Part shown: one piece after another, positions 35,895-48,866 of the stretch | How positions within the stretch are numbered: position 1 is the stretch's first letter | Layout: each line of letters starts with the position of its first letter | Assembly (NCBI RefSeq): GCF_018350175.1 | Contig: NC_058382.1 | Span: 49,664,001-49,728,000 of the forward strand | Direction: 5' to 3' | Length of the DNA stretch: 64,000 nt | Source of the DNA: Felis catus | Taxonomy: Eukaryota | Translations under genes and position numbers: made by a program | Notes under the pieces: model-generated | Database searches by the model: none | The model's input: only the letters and a program-made list of their open reading frames with translations | Told to the model about the DNA's origin: nothing

Positions 35895-38009
35895 AATACA
35901 GGCAGCTCTTAAAGAGGTTACATGCAGATCAAGAGGGAGACGGCTGAAGTCAAGGCAAATGAAACTATTTGAAATGTGAAAGTCAGGATGCACAAAGGCG
36001 GGAGGAAGGGCATCTGTTACCAGAATGGTGCAAATAGCTATGCATTCCCTGACAGGCTGCCAGATTCTGTCAAAAGGGGGTTAGGCTGGAGGGGCTTTTG
36101 ATCTTTTTTCCCGGCTGCTTGGGATTTTCCACGTGGCACAAGGCACACGGTTGCAGGGTGTCACGAAGGCTCCCGTGTGGCTTGGATAGTAAAGAGTGGG
36201 GTTCTCTTCGCTTCCTTTTGCTGTTTTGATATAAAAGAATCCAACTGCCTCTGCTTGCTGCAGCCTGCCTGGTCGACAGGGAGGGGCGGGGTGGGGCTCT
36301 GACAAGCACAGCACCTCCTGAAACCTGGTGGCTGGGGGTGGCCACTCGTGACGGGCCTGGTGTTGGCTTTGCCAGGCTGGCCACCAGGCTGCTTCTTGAG
36401 GGGCTCTCTAGAAGACACGTGGATGTGTAAAAAGTCACCGAGTACAGATTAGATGTGTGCGGTACATCTGCTGAGAGAACACTCGCTAGGTCAAGAGTTA
36501 GCGGAAAGGAACCAACCTTTCTGCAGCCGTAATTTCAATCCACGGCAGGCACAGCCGGAGAAGCCGGTGTGAGGGCTGGATCACGAGCACAAACTGAAGG
36601 GCAATGCACCGGCCGGCCGTGGGGCTCACCACCACATCTGACTTCTCTCTCCACGCCCTGGGGCAAAGCAAGAACAGCAAACCCACCGGCACAAAGAACC
36701 CAGCGGGCTCTTGCGGCTACTGTCTTAATCTCTCAGAGGCTTCAAAGGTGTGAACATTTGCTAAAGAAGAAAGACCCTAATTTACAATGGGCTCAGCACC
36801 ATTTATTCTGTAGGATTCCAGGTTGTTTTGCAAGCCAGACGAGGAGCTGGCTCATGTGTTGCTGACGCGGTGGTGTGGTGGCTGAGACAAAGAACCAAAG
36901 AACCGTTTGAGGGAGTAGTGCTGGAGGCCATCAGGACCCGGAAGGCGATGATGCCCAGAAGATGCCCCACAGCAGGATGTGCATCTCTGCCTCGGCTGTG
37001 GCTCCTGTAGGACCGGATGTCCATGCCCTAACCAAAGCGCTGGCTTGTCTTACCTTAAAGGACTTTCCTTCACTCCTGCATCCTGTGCAGGACCGTAACT
37101 GAGGCCTCACCTACTCTGATGCTGGCCCGAAGGGCTGTATTATCACGTTTAGAGTTTTTTAACCGAGTGGATATGAACAGACGATGGGTTCAAATGTAGC
37201 CAGTAAACTACCTTTCTGAGTGACAAGGTCCATGACCCCATATGGTGTGGAGGATCAGGCCTTGGTTACCATGAGCTTCTGACCCCATATTTGAGGACTG
37301 GATGGGGGACCCCAGGTGTGTCATTAGCTCATCTCAACCCGATGAGGTACTGGTGTTACTCAAACCATTTATAGACCAGAAAACGAAGGCTCAGAAAGCC
37401 AAGCTGTGGTCCAGGTCACATCTGTTAGATGTCCAGGCAGGCACTGGCTCCCAGTCTTTGAAACCCTACTTTTCCCTAAACCTGTCCATGTTACTCAGGA
37501 TGCCCAGACACCACCACCCCCCCACCGAAAAGCAAGTTGTGGGGTTTACTGCTTTATTACTATGAAGTCTGGAATTTAAGATTTCCTAAGGAAAGTCTTC
37601 CAGAGTCTTCTTTGACAAACAAAAAAGGAATTATTGAGGTGGGAGCACATCTTAAACTGACCCGAACTCTAGGAAGAGGAAAAAGGCCGAAGGGGGAATA
37701 TCTCCTGAATTCAACAGCAGCCTGTGCTTATTTTCAGCCTGAGTGTATACTGGTAAATAGGAACCCTGTTCAGGAGAGAGAAAGAGATCCGGAGAGAAGC
37801 TCCAACGGAACAAGAACCAAACTGCCCAGGGACCTGGTGCTCCACTCACACAAGTGAGCCTCCCTCCCTCGGGCTCTGGGGCAGGGCCAACTTCAGAAAG
37901 GGCCCCAGAAATTCACACCCAGGCCGGTCAGCTCTGTTCCCCAGGGCTTTCCGTGTGGCCTTCACAGCGGAGTCAAGGGAAGGCCAGTGGGGCCCTCATC
38001 TTCGCCAGC

Positions 38010-38231
38010 CTCTTGTAGGACCAACTTTTATTTTTATTTTTGTAAGGACAAACTTTTAAAGGTAAAATGAATGAAACCATGTGAGGTCAAGATACAAAGA
38101 CAGAAAGTTCAACGTAGAAAAAAGACCTTGTTGGGAAACAGGTGATGAGAAACACCGGAAACATTTCACAGACGCACAAGAAGCTCACATTGTAAACAGG
38201 ATTAAGCTGCTACTGATTTCCCCCTATAACA
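38010..38231 (-). other. CFDP1: CFDP1 3' UTR (approximate end)
   Basis: Lies between the TGA at 38232-38234 and the tandem poly(A) signals; U-rich on the minus strand. Confidence 0.75.
38027..38038 (-). terminator. CFDP1: Tandem AATAAA polyadenylation signals of CFDP1
   Basis: Plus strand tttatt at 38027-38032 and 38033-38038, about 200 nt past the stop codon. Confidence 0.8.
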
Positions 38232-38322
38232 TCAGGGTTTCATTTTGCTCAGCCTGAGATCTCGCTCGATTTCAAACTGCCTGTGGTCCACTCGGTCTAG
38301 AAAAGCCTTCCGTTCGATGTAC
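38232..38322 (-). CDS. CFDP1: CFDP1 (craniofacial development protein 1 / BCNT) terminal coding exon
   Basis: Acceptor ttttcttctag|G then [33 protein letters not shown], the conserved BCNT-C terminus. 91 coding nt, with phase matching the upstream exon. Confidence 0.97.
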
Positions 38323-38948
38323 CTAGAAGAAAATATAAAATGTTTGTCAGAAGAATCCTGTAGGAGAACAATGCCTCCCCACACTGTCCCATCCCCCCAG
38401 GTGTGAACGGTCCACCTGGCCGGCAGGATCACCGGTTATAGTGCATACAAACAAATGACCAAGTGACCACCCGCGACTCTCTTAGGAACATCCAAGCCAC
38501 AGGCATTTGGTCTAAACAAGGACGCTTCTGGTTCAGATGTCGTTGAAAGTAAAATGAAAAAGAGAAAGCAACAATTCATCCACGGCTTGGCTGCTGGGGC
38601 AGTTTTGTAACAAGGTTTTAGGGACAGAACACAGGCTTAGTTGAGCAAGGGTCAGTGGGTAGCTCTGTTACACATTAGCTAAGCCACACTGGTCAAGGAC
38701 TGAAGATCTCGAAGCCTCATTTTTCTCAATGGCAAAACAGTGATGCCGTGTTTCCTGGTCTTAGTGGTGTGCTGGGTTGGTGGGGGAGAGAGAGCTATGC
38801 ATCCTGCCTGTGTATAGTACAGCAAAATGGGAAAAAAGGCGCAGCTGAAAATGGAAGGAACAGCGTCTTCGTGGAAAACTACTTCCTGGGGCTGCGGTGA
38901 AGCTCAAGAGGGCACCCAAAGCACTCACTTTATGGGGATCCCACTGCC

Positions 38949-39160
38949 AGGGCACCTGGGTGGCTCAGGTGGTTGAGGGTCGGACTCTGGCTCAGGTCAT
39001 GATCTCATGGTTCGTGAGTTCAAGCCTCTCATCTGGCTTGCTGCTGACAGTACAGAGCCCACTTCACATCCTCTGTCCCCCTGTGTTTCTGCCCATCCCT
39101 GCTCAGGCTCTCTCTCAAAAATAAAAATTAGTAATATAAACATTAAAAAAAAAAAAAAAA
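38949..39160 (+). mobile_element. Can-SINE in the last CFDP1 intron
   Basis: SINEC body; near-TSD gggatcccactg / gggattccactg. Confidence 0.93.
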
Positions 39161-39784
39161 GGGATTCCACTGACTTCAGCCTCCTCCTTCCTTCCCTGCT
39201 TATCTCCGGTGCCCTCTGCCCAACTGGGTCCAGAAAGGCCTCCCTGAAGTGCCTCTAAGGGAAGGAGAGTGAGCGCAGCTGCCCACATACATACAGGGGC
39301 CCCTTAAAAGGTCAGCGCTGTGCGCCCTAACGGGGCCGGGTTCGGCAGACACAGCTTCCCCACGTCTTCCCAGGCAGGCTGGGAAGGAGGTGCAAGGCAG
39401 AAGCCGGCAGCAGAGGAGGAGAGGCCGGCAGCTTAATGAGACACAGCTGCATTTTAATGCACCTTCGTGCCATAAAGTGGGTTGCGTCTCACCCGGGGGA
39501 GGGGGGGTTCTGTGCTGCTAATTAATCTACTGAGAGAGCAAAACTGTCATTGAAAGGGGGAGACATAATTGAATCTCTGCACTAATTTTTCTTTTGTTGC
39601 ACTGTGTAAAATGTGCATCTGCCATTACAAGGTCACTGTGTTTAGGGTGAGAATGTTACCAGGTTCAGGAGCCCGTGTTCCTTTGCTGAGTTCAGGCCCT
39701 GCCTTCCCTCCTGTGGTCCATCCCATCTGCTTTCCAGCCTAAGGCTGTGGCCACCAGCCCGATGCCTTACTGCAGAGACGGAGG

Positions 39785-39990
39785 CGGCTCTGAGTTCAAA
39801 CCCTGACTCTGCCACTTGCTGTGTGACTCTGGGGAAACCACATAACTTTGCCAATTGTTTCCTAATCTGCCAAGAAAAGAAAGAAAAATGGATAATCATT
39901 CCTACTCTGAAGGGCTGCTGTGTGGACTGAATGAAACAGTGTACACATAACACCTAGCAGAGCAGGTGCTCAATAAAATGGCAGCTAATG
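39785..39990 (+). mobile_element. MIR
   Basis: gagttcaaaccctgactctgccacttgctgtgtgactctgggga...gtgctcaataaa. Confidence 0.8.
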
Positions 39991-41278
39991 TTGTCACCAT
40001 CATTTTGGGAGGCCGGCTTCTGCCAGGGTCCCGAGGACAAAGGATCCAAGAGGTGCAGTCAGCTCTCTTAATGGGTATTATCAGCGACTAGTAACTACCC
40101 ACCTGGTCAGGGATCAGGAACTAAGCTGCTGTGTCTAAACCACCAACCAGAGGCCAGAATGGCTGGAAACAGCAGCCGAGCCTGCTCTTGGGTTTGATAT
40201 AAGTCCTCAGGGTCAGGCCACCAGATTTAGTGAGTGAAATACAGGATGCCTGGTTAAATGTGAATTTCAGATTCCCTGACAGACAGGAAAGCCACAGACA
40301 CCGTGGATCCCCTTTTGATAAAAGGGAGAAGACAGGGCAGACTGGTAGGGAAGCAGACATGCGACAGAACGAGCTCACCTGCCATCTATCACCAAGGGGC
40401 CCGTGACTCTCCAGAGGGGTCAGCTAACCAATATCGACTAAAGGGCTCTGCCACACTACAGCCATCATCACCCCTCACCTTACTCCACCCGCCCTGGGTT
40501 AAGATCGAGATGGGAATCAGTGTTTTGATAGCTCTAACTAAATGACCCTTGAAGTTCAGCAAAAAAAAGGGGGTGAACCATAGAGAGGAATTTAGGGCAT
40601 GTTGCAAGAGAGCCATCACCCGGTGCTACCTGTCAGAGAGTGCCTGGAGGCAAGGAAGGGGAAGTACCTGGCTTTGCGTATTTGTGGTCTTCTGGATTTT
40701 CCTTTAAAGAGGAAGTAATACTTAAATTAGGATGCTCACTGAGCACGAATGATGGCCTTGCAGGTTCCCAGAAGCTGTGCTAGGTCCAGCTGACCTTGAC
40801 ACAATCGAGTGAAGCCAAGCTGGGTGCTGTACAGGCGGTTGCAGGCAGAGTTCAGGTTTAGGGAAGGATTCAGGCAGCCAAGAGGGGCACATGTGCAGAA
40901 CACAACTGTATTCTCAAGGGCAACTCAGACAAAAGTCATCAAGGCAGGCCTGGCAACTTTATTTCCCCATTCACAGCCATCGGCAGCTGCTAACAGGATC
41001 CAGCCAAGAGCCGGCCAGGAACAAAACTTCTATTGGACATGGACTCCCCCCACCTGCCAAAAGACAGGAAAGGTGCAGAGGATAAGAGCAGCTCTGATAT
41101 TTACTACGTATGTTTGACTTTGGGCAAGACACTTAAATTCTGTGCCGTATTTTTCTTTTCTGTAAAGCAGGAATAAAAATGGCAATACCCCTGACAAAGC
41201 AGGGAGCCTGTGAGAAGTGCTTTGCAAACAATAAAACAAAAACAGCTGAGCACTGAGGGGTTCTTGCTTCCCACTTCT

Positions 41279-41500
41279 TTAAAAAAAATTGCATCTTTAA
41301 TGTTTTATTTATTTTTGAGAGAGAGAGACAGAGTATGAGCGGGGGAGAGGCAGAGAGAGCGGGAGACAGAATCCACGAAGCAGGCCCCAGGCTCTGAGCT
41401 GTCAGCACAGAGCCCTACATAGGGCTTGAACCCGTGAACCACGGGATCATGACCTGAGCCAAAGTCAGACGCTTAACCGACTAAGCCACCCAGGTGACCC
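41279..41500 (-). mobile_element. Can-SINE
   Basis: 16-bp TSD cttgcttcccacttct at 41263-41278 and 41502-41517. Confidence 0.95.
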
Positions 41501-43119
41501 GCTTGCTTCCCACTTCTGCCTTAACTGTATCATTACAAAGCCTCAAAACCTGGGACAGCTGGAACAGGAACTAAGAGACCAAGAGCAAGGGGTTGGGGGG
41601 AAGGCCACCTCCTCCAAGGTGGTCCAGGTAGATGGCCTATTTAAATGGAGCCTCAGGAAATTTCAGGCACCTTAAGCAGGTTACAGTCTCAGAACAGAAC
41701 CACCAGCTGACGAGTGCAATGGCACTTTTCTGGCCTGTGCCCAGCACTCCTGGGGGACCCAGCCTGACTGGGCCCAGTCCACTGGGAAGCCAGGGGTGGG
41801 GCGGGGCCATCATCCCTTCCTGCTACTATTGCTCTATGTGGCCCATTTAAGAGGAAGCGGCTCCTTGCTTTCATTAATAAAACATGCTAATAGCATCAAA
41901 CCCTAAGGGATTCTCTAGCTTTTCCTTTCAGAACCAGGTTAGATACAACAGGCTCTGACATCTTTTTGATCTTTCAACCCAAATTACTCTTCTGGTACCA
42001 GCTGTTTGAGGTCCAGGCCAGCAAGGAGGGAGGGAAAAATGGCAGAAGGTAAGAGAAGGGTAGAAAGTGCTTCTAGGGAATATGTTGGTACCTACTCACT
42101 CCTTAGGTACCCACGCTGCAGCAAAGGAAGGATGGCCCTCCACCCAGAAATCAGAGGCCTTTGAGGGTGGGACGGCCCACTGGGCGGGCTGTCCCGGTCT
42201 TCCGCCAGTGAGAGGCCTCCTACCCACCAGTCAGGGAAAGAGCACAGGGAGGTGCCAGGACAGGTGAAGCAGGTACACGACGAAGGACATTTCCAGCCGC
42301 GTTACTGCTCTGTTCCAAGAGCGCCAGCGTTCAGTTCCCCAAGCAAGCATGCCGTGCGGCACAAACACGACAGGAAACGCGGGTCAGCTCAGGTCCCAAC
42401 AGCAGGAGGCGGCGGCAGTGGAGGCAGGCTGAAGATAAAGCCCCGTGGTGGATGTAATAAGATATGCCCTTTTCTGCCGGAGAAATGCAACTAAAGAAGC
42501 AACCTGCCCAGGGCCGCCAAGCCTGCGTGCCCCCACCTCGCGCCACAGGGTGGAGGAGTGTGTGAGGCCCAGAGTGAAAGAATGGCCACATTTTAATGAA
42601 ATATCTCCACTGCTTTCCTCCCATCTCACCAGGCTGTGCTGGTTCTGAAAGACGGACTCCTGGGGGTCCTAGAGGTAGAATGCAGAAAAAAATGATTTTC
42701 CCTGGGCTCTCCTTCCTGTCTCTCCACATCACAAATGTACCTGGTTTCCAATCGTCGAACCCCCGACCTTCAGTTTGATCGCCAGCAGCAGCCAAGCCCA
42801 ATGGGCCTGTTCTCATTCACTTTGTACAGATCCCTGCCCCAGGCCTACCATGAACACTGTGGGGAACCCGTGTGATTGGGTTACAAGGCTGGCTCGGGAG
42901 TGCAGGGCTCAGAGCAAGAGCAGCGACTCTTTACTGTGCAGGTGACTGATCATCTTGGGTATAGGCATTTTAACCAACTGTGCGGCCTGGAAATGATGTC
43001 TGGGTGGAGACATCATTCTGATGTATCATGCCCTTCTTTTCCAAGTGGCTAATTCTAATTCCAAAACAAAGCCATGCTGTCTGGCGGCTGGCGGGATGGA
43101 CATTTAGACAGAGAAATGG

Positions 43120-44230
43120 CTCAGCACCTGCCCTGGGCTAGATTCTCTTCTAGATGCTGGTGACAGGGTGGTGAACCTGCCCCTGCTGTTGGAGGCTCAC
43201 TGTATATGGAACGACACGACAACATAAACACGGTGATGTGACTGATGGTTCCCGGGGGGGAGTCTACTCTAGAGAGTGGCACTCGAGTGACAAGTAAGAG
43301 CCATCGTGGAGGAGGACCTGGAGGAGCCCTACAGAGGCTGGGCTGTCATGGGCAGGGGAGAAGGGGATATGAGGTGGGCAAGGGAAAGCTCACGAAGGGC
43401 CTACAATGCCAGGGTAAGCTGAACCCTGACTGCAAGTGCTACTGGAGGGCTTCCAGCAGGGAAGAGAGGAAAAATGGCTCATACACAAAAACCGTTTTAG
43501 CTGCTATTGGGGAGAAAGGAGGGAAGGGTACAGACAGAGAAACAGGGAGCCCAGCAGACATCTGTGGCTTATGCTGGAATAGGGGCAGTGGGGCCGGATA
43601 AAGCGACGGACTAATATATTTTACGAGACAATGGTCTATTGGACTTTCAGGAAGTGAGCAGAAAGAGGAAATCAAGGATGACTCCTAGGTTTTTCTTTTA
43701 ACGGGTGGATCGGTGGTGATGGTGCCGTTTTCTGAGAAGTCTGAGGAAGGAGTCTACGGAAGGAAGGCAAGTATTCGGTCTTGGGTGTTAAATCTGATGT
43801 GTGTCTTGCACACGCAAACGGAGATGTCAACCCGACAGGTGATACGGGAGTCTGGAGCTCGGCGGAATGGTCAGGCAGGGGAGAGCTTTTCTGGGAGCCG
43901 TCGGCAGACAGTGGTACCTAAGCTGTGGAACTAGTGAGCTCTCCTGGGGGAGGTGGGGTGTGGGGCGAATGTGAGGACAGACGGCTGCCCGGCTCAGCCC
44001 TGGAACTTCCCAAGTTTAAAAGCCCAGAGAAGGAAGAGGCTAGCCAGGGAGACTGGGAGGAGATGCCACCGAGCTGTATCTGCCACCTCTGTGGAAAGCA
44101 TTCCTGAAAGTTGGGCAGGGATACACCAGGAGGGAATTTGAAGGAGTAAGGCCCCTGATGGGGTGTGGTCACTAATGGCAGATGGGAGAAAGAAGAGTAA
44201 GCAGAGGACTCACTATATTTATAAACACCC
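43120..44230 (-). mobile_element. L2 LINE fragment
   Basis: gaggaaatcaaggatgactcctaggttttt, gtgatggtgccgtttt and gagtctggagctc are typical antisense L2 motifs. Confidence 0.75.
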
Positions 44231-44349
44231 CAGACATCTCCCCTTCAACTCGAGAAGTAAACTGAAGAGTTTCTACTTTATAGGTGAAGAAATGGGCTAA
44301 AGCACATAGCAGGCTGGTAGTAGTGCGAGGATTTGAATTCAATTTCAAT

Positions 44350-45700
44350 TCAGTTTTATCGTAAAATGTAAAACACACGCTGAAGTGTACGAAACGGGCA
44401 AGGCAAACGAATCATCATCGAGCGAGCGCTCACGCGGCCATCGCCAGGTCAAGACTCGGAATGCTGGTGGCCTGGAGGAGGCCCCTGCGTCACTCGTCCA
44501 CCAGCGCCAGACCAGCCAGGTGCGAGCTTGCTTGCCTTTGAAGTTTCTGTTCCCTCGACATTATGGTCTAGTTGTGCCTAATTCTGAACTTGACAGAAGT
44601 AGACTTATAGTGTGAATTCTTTTGCGACTTGCTTCTTTCACAAAATGACTTAGTGGACAGCACTGCTTTTGCCTGTTTTTGACCTTTATATAAATGGAAT
44701 CAAACTGCATGAACTTCTCTGCAATATTACATTGCTGAAATTTATCCATGTTCATTCCAATTACTAAAGAGTACCCCAGTGTGAGAACTGCTAAAAAAAA
44801 AAACCTCAGGCCCAAAATGGTGTCACTTAGGTTAAGGCCCCAGGTCAGTAAACCCAGACTTAATACCTAACCTAACTGCAGTTTCAACCCCCTAGGAATG
44901 TAACCTTTAACCGGTCAGTCAGGAATTTTCTGGTCAGCACCAATAAGGTAATCTGTCACATGGGCCTTCTTTATCTGCCAAAGAAAGATGAGGTAATCCA
45001 CCTATTAGAACCGTTTTGTCATCAAATGGAGGTGACCTCACCTGAAATAATCCTTTTTTGCTTATGACTTCCTTGTCCTGCCTTTAAAAACCCTTTCCTT
45101 TCTGTAGCCCTCTACGTGGTAGACGGGAGGCTGCCCAATTCACGAGCCGTTTAATAAAGCCAATTCGACCTTCATACTTTGTCTACTGCATTATTGACAG
45201 GTACCTGAGTTGCCTCCAGTTTGGGGATATGATGAAAGGTACTATCACTGCCATCTTCACACCTGTCTTTGGGGAACACACAACTGAATTTCTGCTGGGA
45301 CACGGCTGGTGTGGGGCTGCTGAGTTGCGAGAACTCACCACGCTTCGGTGGTTAATGCCAAGAGGGACATTCAAACATGAGCTGTCCAATCTCCCAGATG
45401 CACTGATGTTTTCATCGTTACGAGGAGATCTCCTCTTTGTTTCTGGAAATGCTCCTGTCTTAAAGTCTATTTTGTCTAGTATCAGTACAGCTCCATCAGC
45501 TTTCTTCTGGTTAGTGGCTACTTGATTTATCTTGTCTCCCATCTTTTTATTCTCACCAATTCTGCATCCCGCTGTTCTGATGTGTCTCCTTTAACCAGTA
45601 AATTAGTTGTTTTTTATTTTCTAATTCAATGTGTCAGTCCCTGTCTCTTCACTGGAGCGTTTAGTTTATTGACATTTAATGAAATGTCAATGCAAGTAGC
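44350..45700 (-). mobile_element. Old L1M fragments interrupted by an LTR
   Basis: ctttatataaatggaatca, ttccagtttgggga-like and ccatcagctttcttctggttagt motifs of antisense L1. Confidence 0.7.
44789..45175 (+). mobile_element. Solo LTR, probably ERV1-class
   Basis: TG start, caaaatggtgtcactt, a TATA-like tttaaaa and aataaa near the 3' end. It interrupts a collinear L1 fragment. No clear TSD. Confidence 0.7.
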
Positions 45701-46442
45701 AGACACACATGTTAAAACAGACCTGGTCCTGTGCCTGCAGTTTCTCAAGGTACCTTGTTTCTTTACATGCGTATTTTAAGATGGCAAAATTGCCTTTAAA
45801 TAATTGGACAGTAACAACCCAAAACTGACCAAGCTAGCTTCACATTCTATCAAATCTTTTTAAGGGGGAAGACGTGTTAGCATGTACTGAACTGGAGTTA
45901 CTATCAAAATATAAAAAGCATGACATAAGCTTTTCATCTCAATCCAATCTTATTTTAATCAAGAATGCAGAACAGAAATATTTTTATCACCAGTTATGAT
46001 CTGAATTCTTGTATGAGATCAATTTAAATCTGGTACTTGTAAAAAGGTCACAGTCTTCTAAATATATATGGCAGAGGCCAATCACAGGTGCCTCGTTTGA
46101 GATGTTATCAAATAGGACTCTTCCCCTTCTTGGTTTCAGCAAAGATCACCTTTATTCCAGGGATATACCTCTTGGGATTCTGCACACATTCCCTCAGAGA
46201 TTCCCTCCCCTTGAGTCCTTGCTGTTGCTGGCACCTGTGAAGGAGAACTGGGGGCCTGAGCTGCCTCTGCCCAAGCAGACCTACAGGTCTGGTTCTCATG
46301 CTCCTTCCCTTTCCAGGAGAAATCTTTCCCTTCTCGACATTCCCTGTTTTGAAGGTGGCTCTCTAGTTTCGTGTGTGCTGGAAAGGCCCACCCAGCAGCT
46401 GGCTATCTTGCTCTCATCTCTAGAATTTTGATGTTATGGTCT

Positions 46443-46615
46443 CGTGATTCTCAACCCTGGCTGTGTATCAGAAGCACCTGAGGACTGAGTTAAAGATACA
46501 GATACCTGTGACTCCTGATTCAGCAGCTCTGTATGGGGGTGGTGGCCTTGTCACCTCAACTCTGGAAACCACCCCCAGAGGATCCTCACGCTTAACCAAG
46601 GTGAGACCCTGGAGC
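46443..46615. mobile_element. MER5B-like hAT fragment
   Basis: gtgattctcaaccctggctgtgtatcagaagcacctg. Confidence 0.65.
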
Positions 46616-47252
46616 TACGGCATGTTCCCTGGACTAGGGGTTGAGCCCCTTTACTACAACTACAAGAGCTAGGAAAGGCAGGTGAGGGGAGGTGTGGGGG
46701 TGGGCACCAGAGAGGGAAGGTGAGAATAGCCAGAGGCAGGGCAAAGAAGTCATCAGATCTGCACCAGAAAAACAGAATCAGATCAGCAGAATCAAATGGG
46801 GCAGGGGGGTGGGGAGGATCTCAGAGAAGGAGGGAAAGCAGAGCACCTAAGAGCTCTATGCTATTAGTAGTTCCCTAACCCAGTTACGTGATTTTCCATT
46901 GCCTGAAAAGTCCTCATTGGGCAGATGTCCTTTTAATCTTGTTTTCTCTTCCAGTCTACATTTTATTAACTCTCCCTTATCTTCAACAGCACCACTCCTT
47001 ACTTTTATAAGACCTCTATTAACTTCAGCAGAACGAACATTGTCCCACCCATACAATCAATATTCAGAGGAGCAATAAAGTTGCACACACTGGCAGATCC
47101 CTTGCTGCTTTAGATCAGAAGGCAAATGTGGAGAAGAGGAAAGATCTGTGAGTTACCAGAGCTAAAAAGGCGGGGAGGTCTGGGGCAAGGTCAGAGGCCT
47201 TCTCTAGATAACACAGATTCCTGCCCGTGCTGTATTCTGGGCCTTCCCCTTC

Positions 47253-47490
47253 GGGCGCTTGGGTGGCTCAGTCAGTTGGGCGTCCGACTTCAGCTCAGGT
47301 TATGACCTCACGGTTGGTGAGTTCAAGCCCCAAGTCAGGCTCTGCACTGACAACTGACAGCTCAGAGCCTGGAGCCCGCTTTGGATTCTGTGTCTTCCTC
47401 CCTCTCTTTCTCTACCATCCCCTGCTTGTGCTCGCTCTCACTTCCCCCCCCCCCCCCCTCTCTCTCTCTCTCAAAAATAAATAAATAAAC
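47253..47490 (+). mobile_element. Can-SINE 1.2 kb from the penultimate CFDP1 exon
   Basis: 18-bp TSD gtattctgggccttcccc (47232-47249) / gtatcctgggccttcccc (47491-47508). Confidence 0.95.
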
Positions 47491-48707
47491 GTATCCTGGG
47501 CCTTCCCCAGGAGGCTTCGGCACTTCTGCCTCTGTCCTGGGGCATTCCATCTTTGACAGACTGACTTAGAAGCCTAATGGTTAAATGAGCTCATGAAGTC
47601 ACTTAACAAAAAAATTTTTGAACATAGTGATCAGCTTCCAGGTTCATTCAAATAATCTTGAGGCCTGATTTAGAAATGTGACCCCCTCCCAATAACCTGT
47701 CCTTATTATAACTTAACTTACAAATAACCTGAATGACTACCACTTAATGCATCCTTTTACGTGACAGGGGCTCTGCAAAGGGTTTTATGTACTTTATGTG
47801 TGTGATATGTATGTTATACATGTGTTACATGTGTTATCTCATGAGATCCTCACAGTCACCCTGAGTGTGGTATCATGACCCCAATTAACAGGCAAACAAG
47901 CTGAGCCTCAGAAACGCCCAGTATGCTGCAGGGAGAGCCCTTCCTGATGAGGGGGGTGGTGAGGACCCAGAGCTGTCTGACAGCCACATAACACTTCCTT
48001 TCACTATTAGGGGGGCAGGGAGTGATGACCTTGAGCCATGGACCCTGTTCTGTAGTAACTCTGTTTTTTACTTCTTCTGAGATTCCTAAGTGTTCACCGA
48101 ACACCATCTTTTTTGATAATTCCTCAATACAGAGCCTACGGATGCCCTCTCCGTATTCCACAGTGAAGACGAGGGTGCAAGTGACAGCCTGGGTGCTGTG
48201 TGAGGGCCGGTGTGTCGTACAGGTTGAAGCCCCAGGCTGGGCCATAGTGACACGGGCAAAACCAATCCCACGATAAGGCAACGACAGGCAGGCGCTCTGT
48301 TGCCTCAGCTCCTGAAGCACTGGGCTGGTCTGGCTTCTCCGAAGGCCAAACCATTCCGATCAGGCCAAGGCTGACACGGCCAGCCAGATCTGACCATGTG
48401 ACCAAACCAGGGGACTTAGAATTCACGGGAGCAGTCATTCAGGGAGCTCGGCTGGGCAGCTGGGCCGGTGTGACTGGCCCCCAGAGGAGGGCTGCTCTCG
48501 TGTCCCCTCCCCCGCTGCCCCTCAGTGTGCTGCTCACCCAGAGGGTCTGCTCCGCATTAGAACAGAGCCTCACCGACAAGCCAAAGTGCTCACATTTTTT
48601 GTTTCACTACGAAAAGTGCCTGCCTGCTTACACTGGGCAGCCTGGCTATAATGAATTACTTCCGAGTGTTCAGGATTTTCAGAGGAACGGACTCTACTAC
48701 TCCTTAC

Positions 48708-48866
48708 CCTTCCTTCCCTCGATTATGGATGGCTAGTTCTTCACCAATGCCCTCCTCCTCCTTGAAGCTCTCCCAGTCCAACTTGGACTTCTCTAGGGTG
48801 CTCATCTTCTGCTTCTTAGCTCCAATTTTCCCCAAAAGGCTGGTCATGCCACTTGATCTTTTTAAC
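48708..48866 (-). CDS. CFDP1: CFDP1 penultimate coding exon (159 nt)
   Basis: Acceptor tttccctag|G, then [53 protein letters not shown], then donor GG|gtaagg. This is the BCNT-C signature ([10 protein letters not shown]) and joins the last exon in frame. Confidence 0.97.

Noticed and set aside
16050..38000. A duplicated BCNT paralog (like ruminant CFDP2/p97Bcnt with its RTE-derived domain) between CFDP1 and BCAR1
   Set aside because: No CFDP1-like exon copies or RTE endonuclease ORF are visible in the intergenic gap; it looks like the single-copy arrangement.
46009..46431. 140-aa plus-strand ORF
   Set aside because: TTG start, Leu/Ser/Pro-rich, no recognisable domain or exon signals.
47856..48320. 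154-aa minus-strand ORF just downstream of the penultimate CFDP1 exon as an alternative terminal exon
   Set aside because: Non-ATG start, no convincing acceptor identified, its 3' end runs into MIR-like sequence, and no homology recognised.
15245..48708. In-frame CFDP1-BCAR1 read-through fusion
   Set aside because: The penultimate CFDP1 exon ends in phase 2 whereas BCAR1 first exons end in phase 0, so a direct splice to BCAR1 exon 2 would be out of frame. A strong tandem AATAAA also intervenes.
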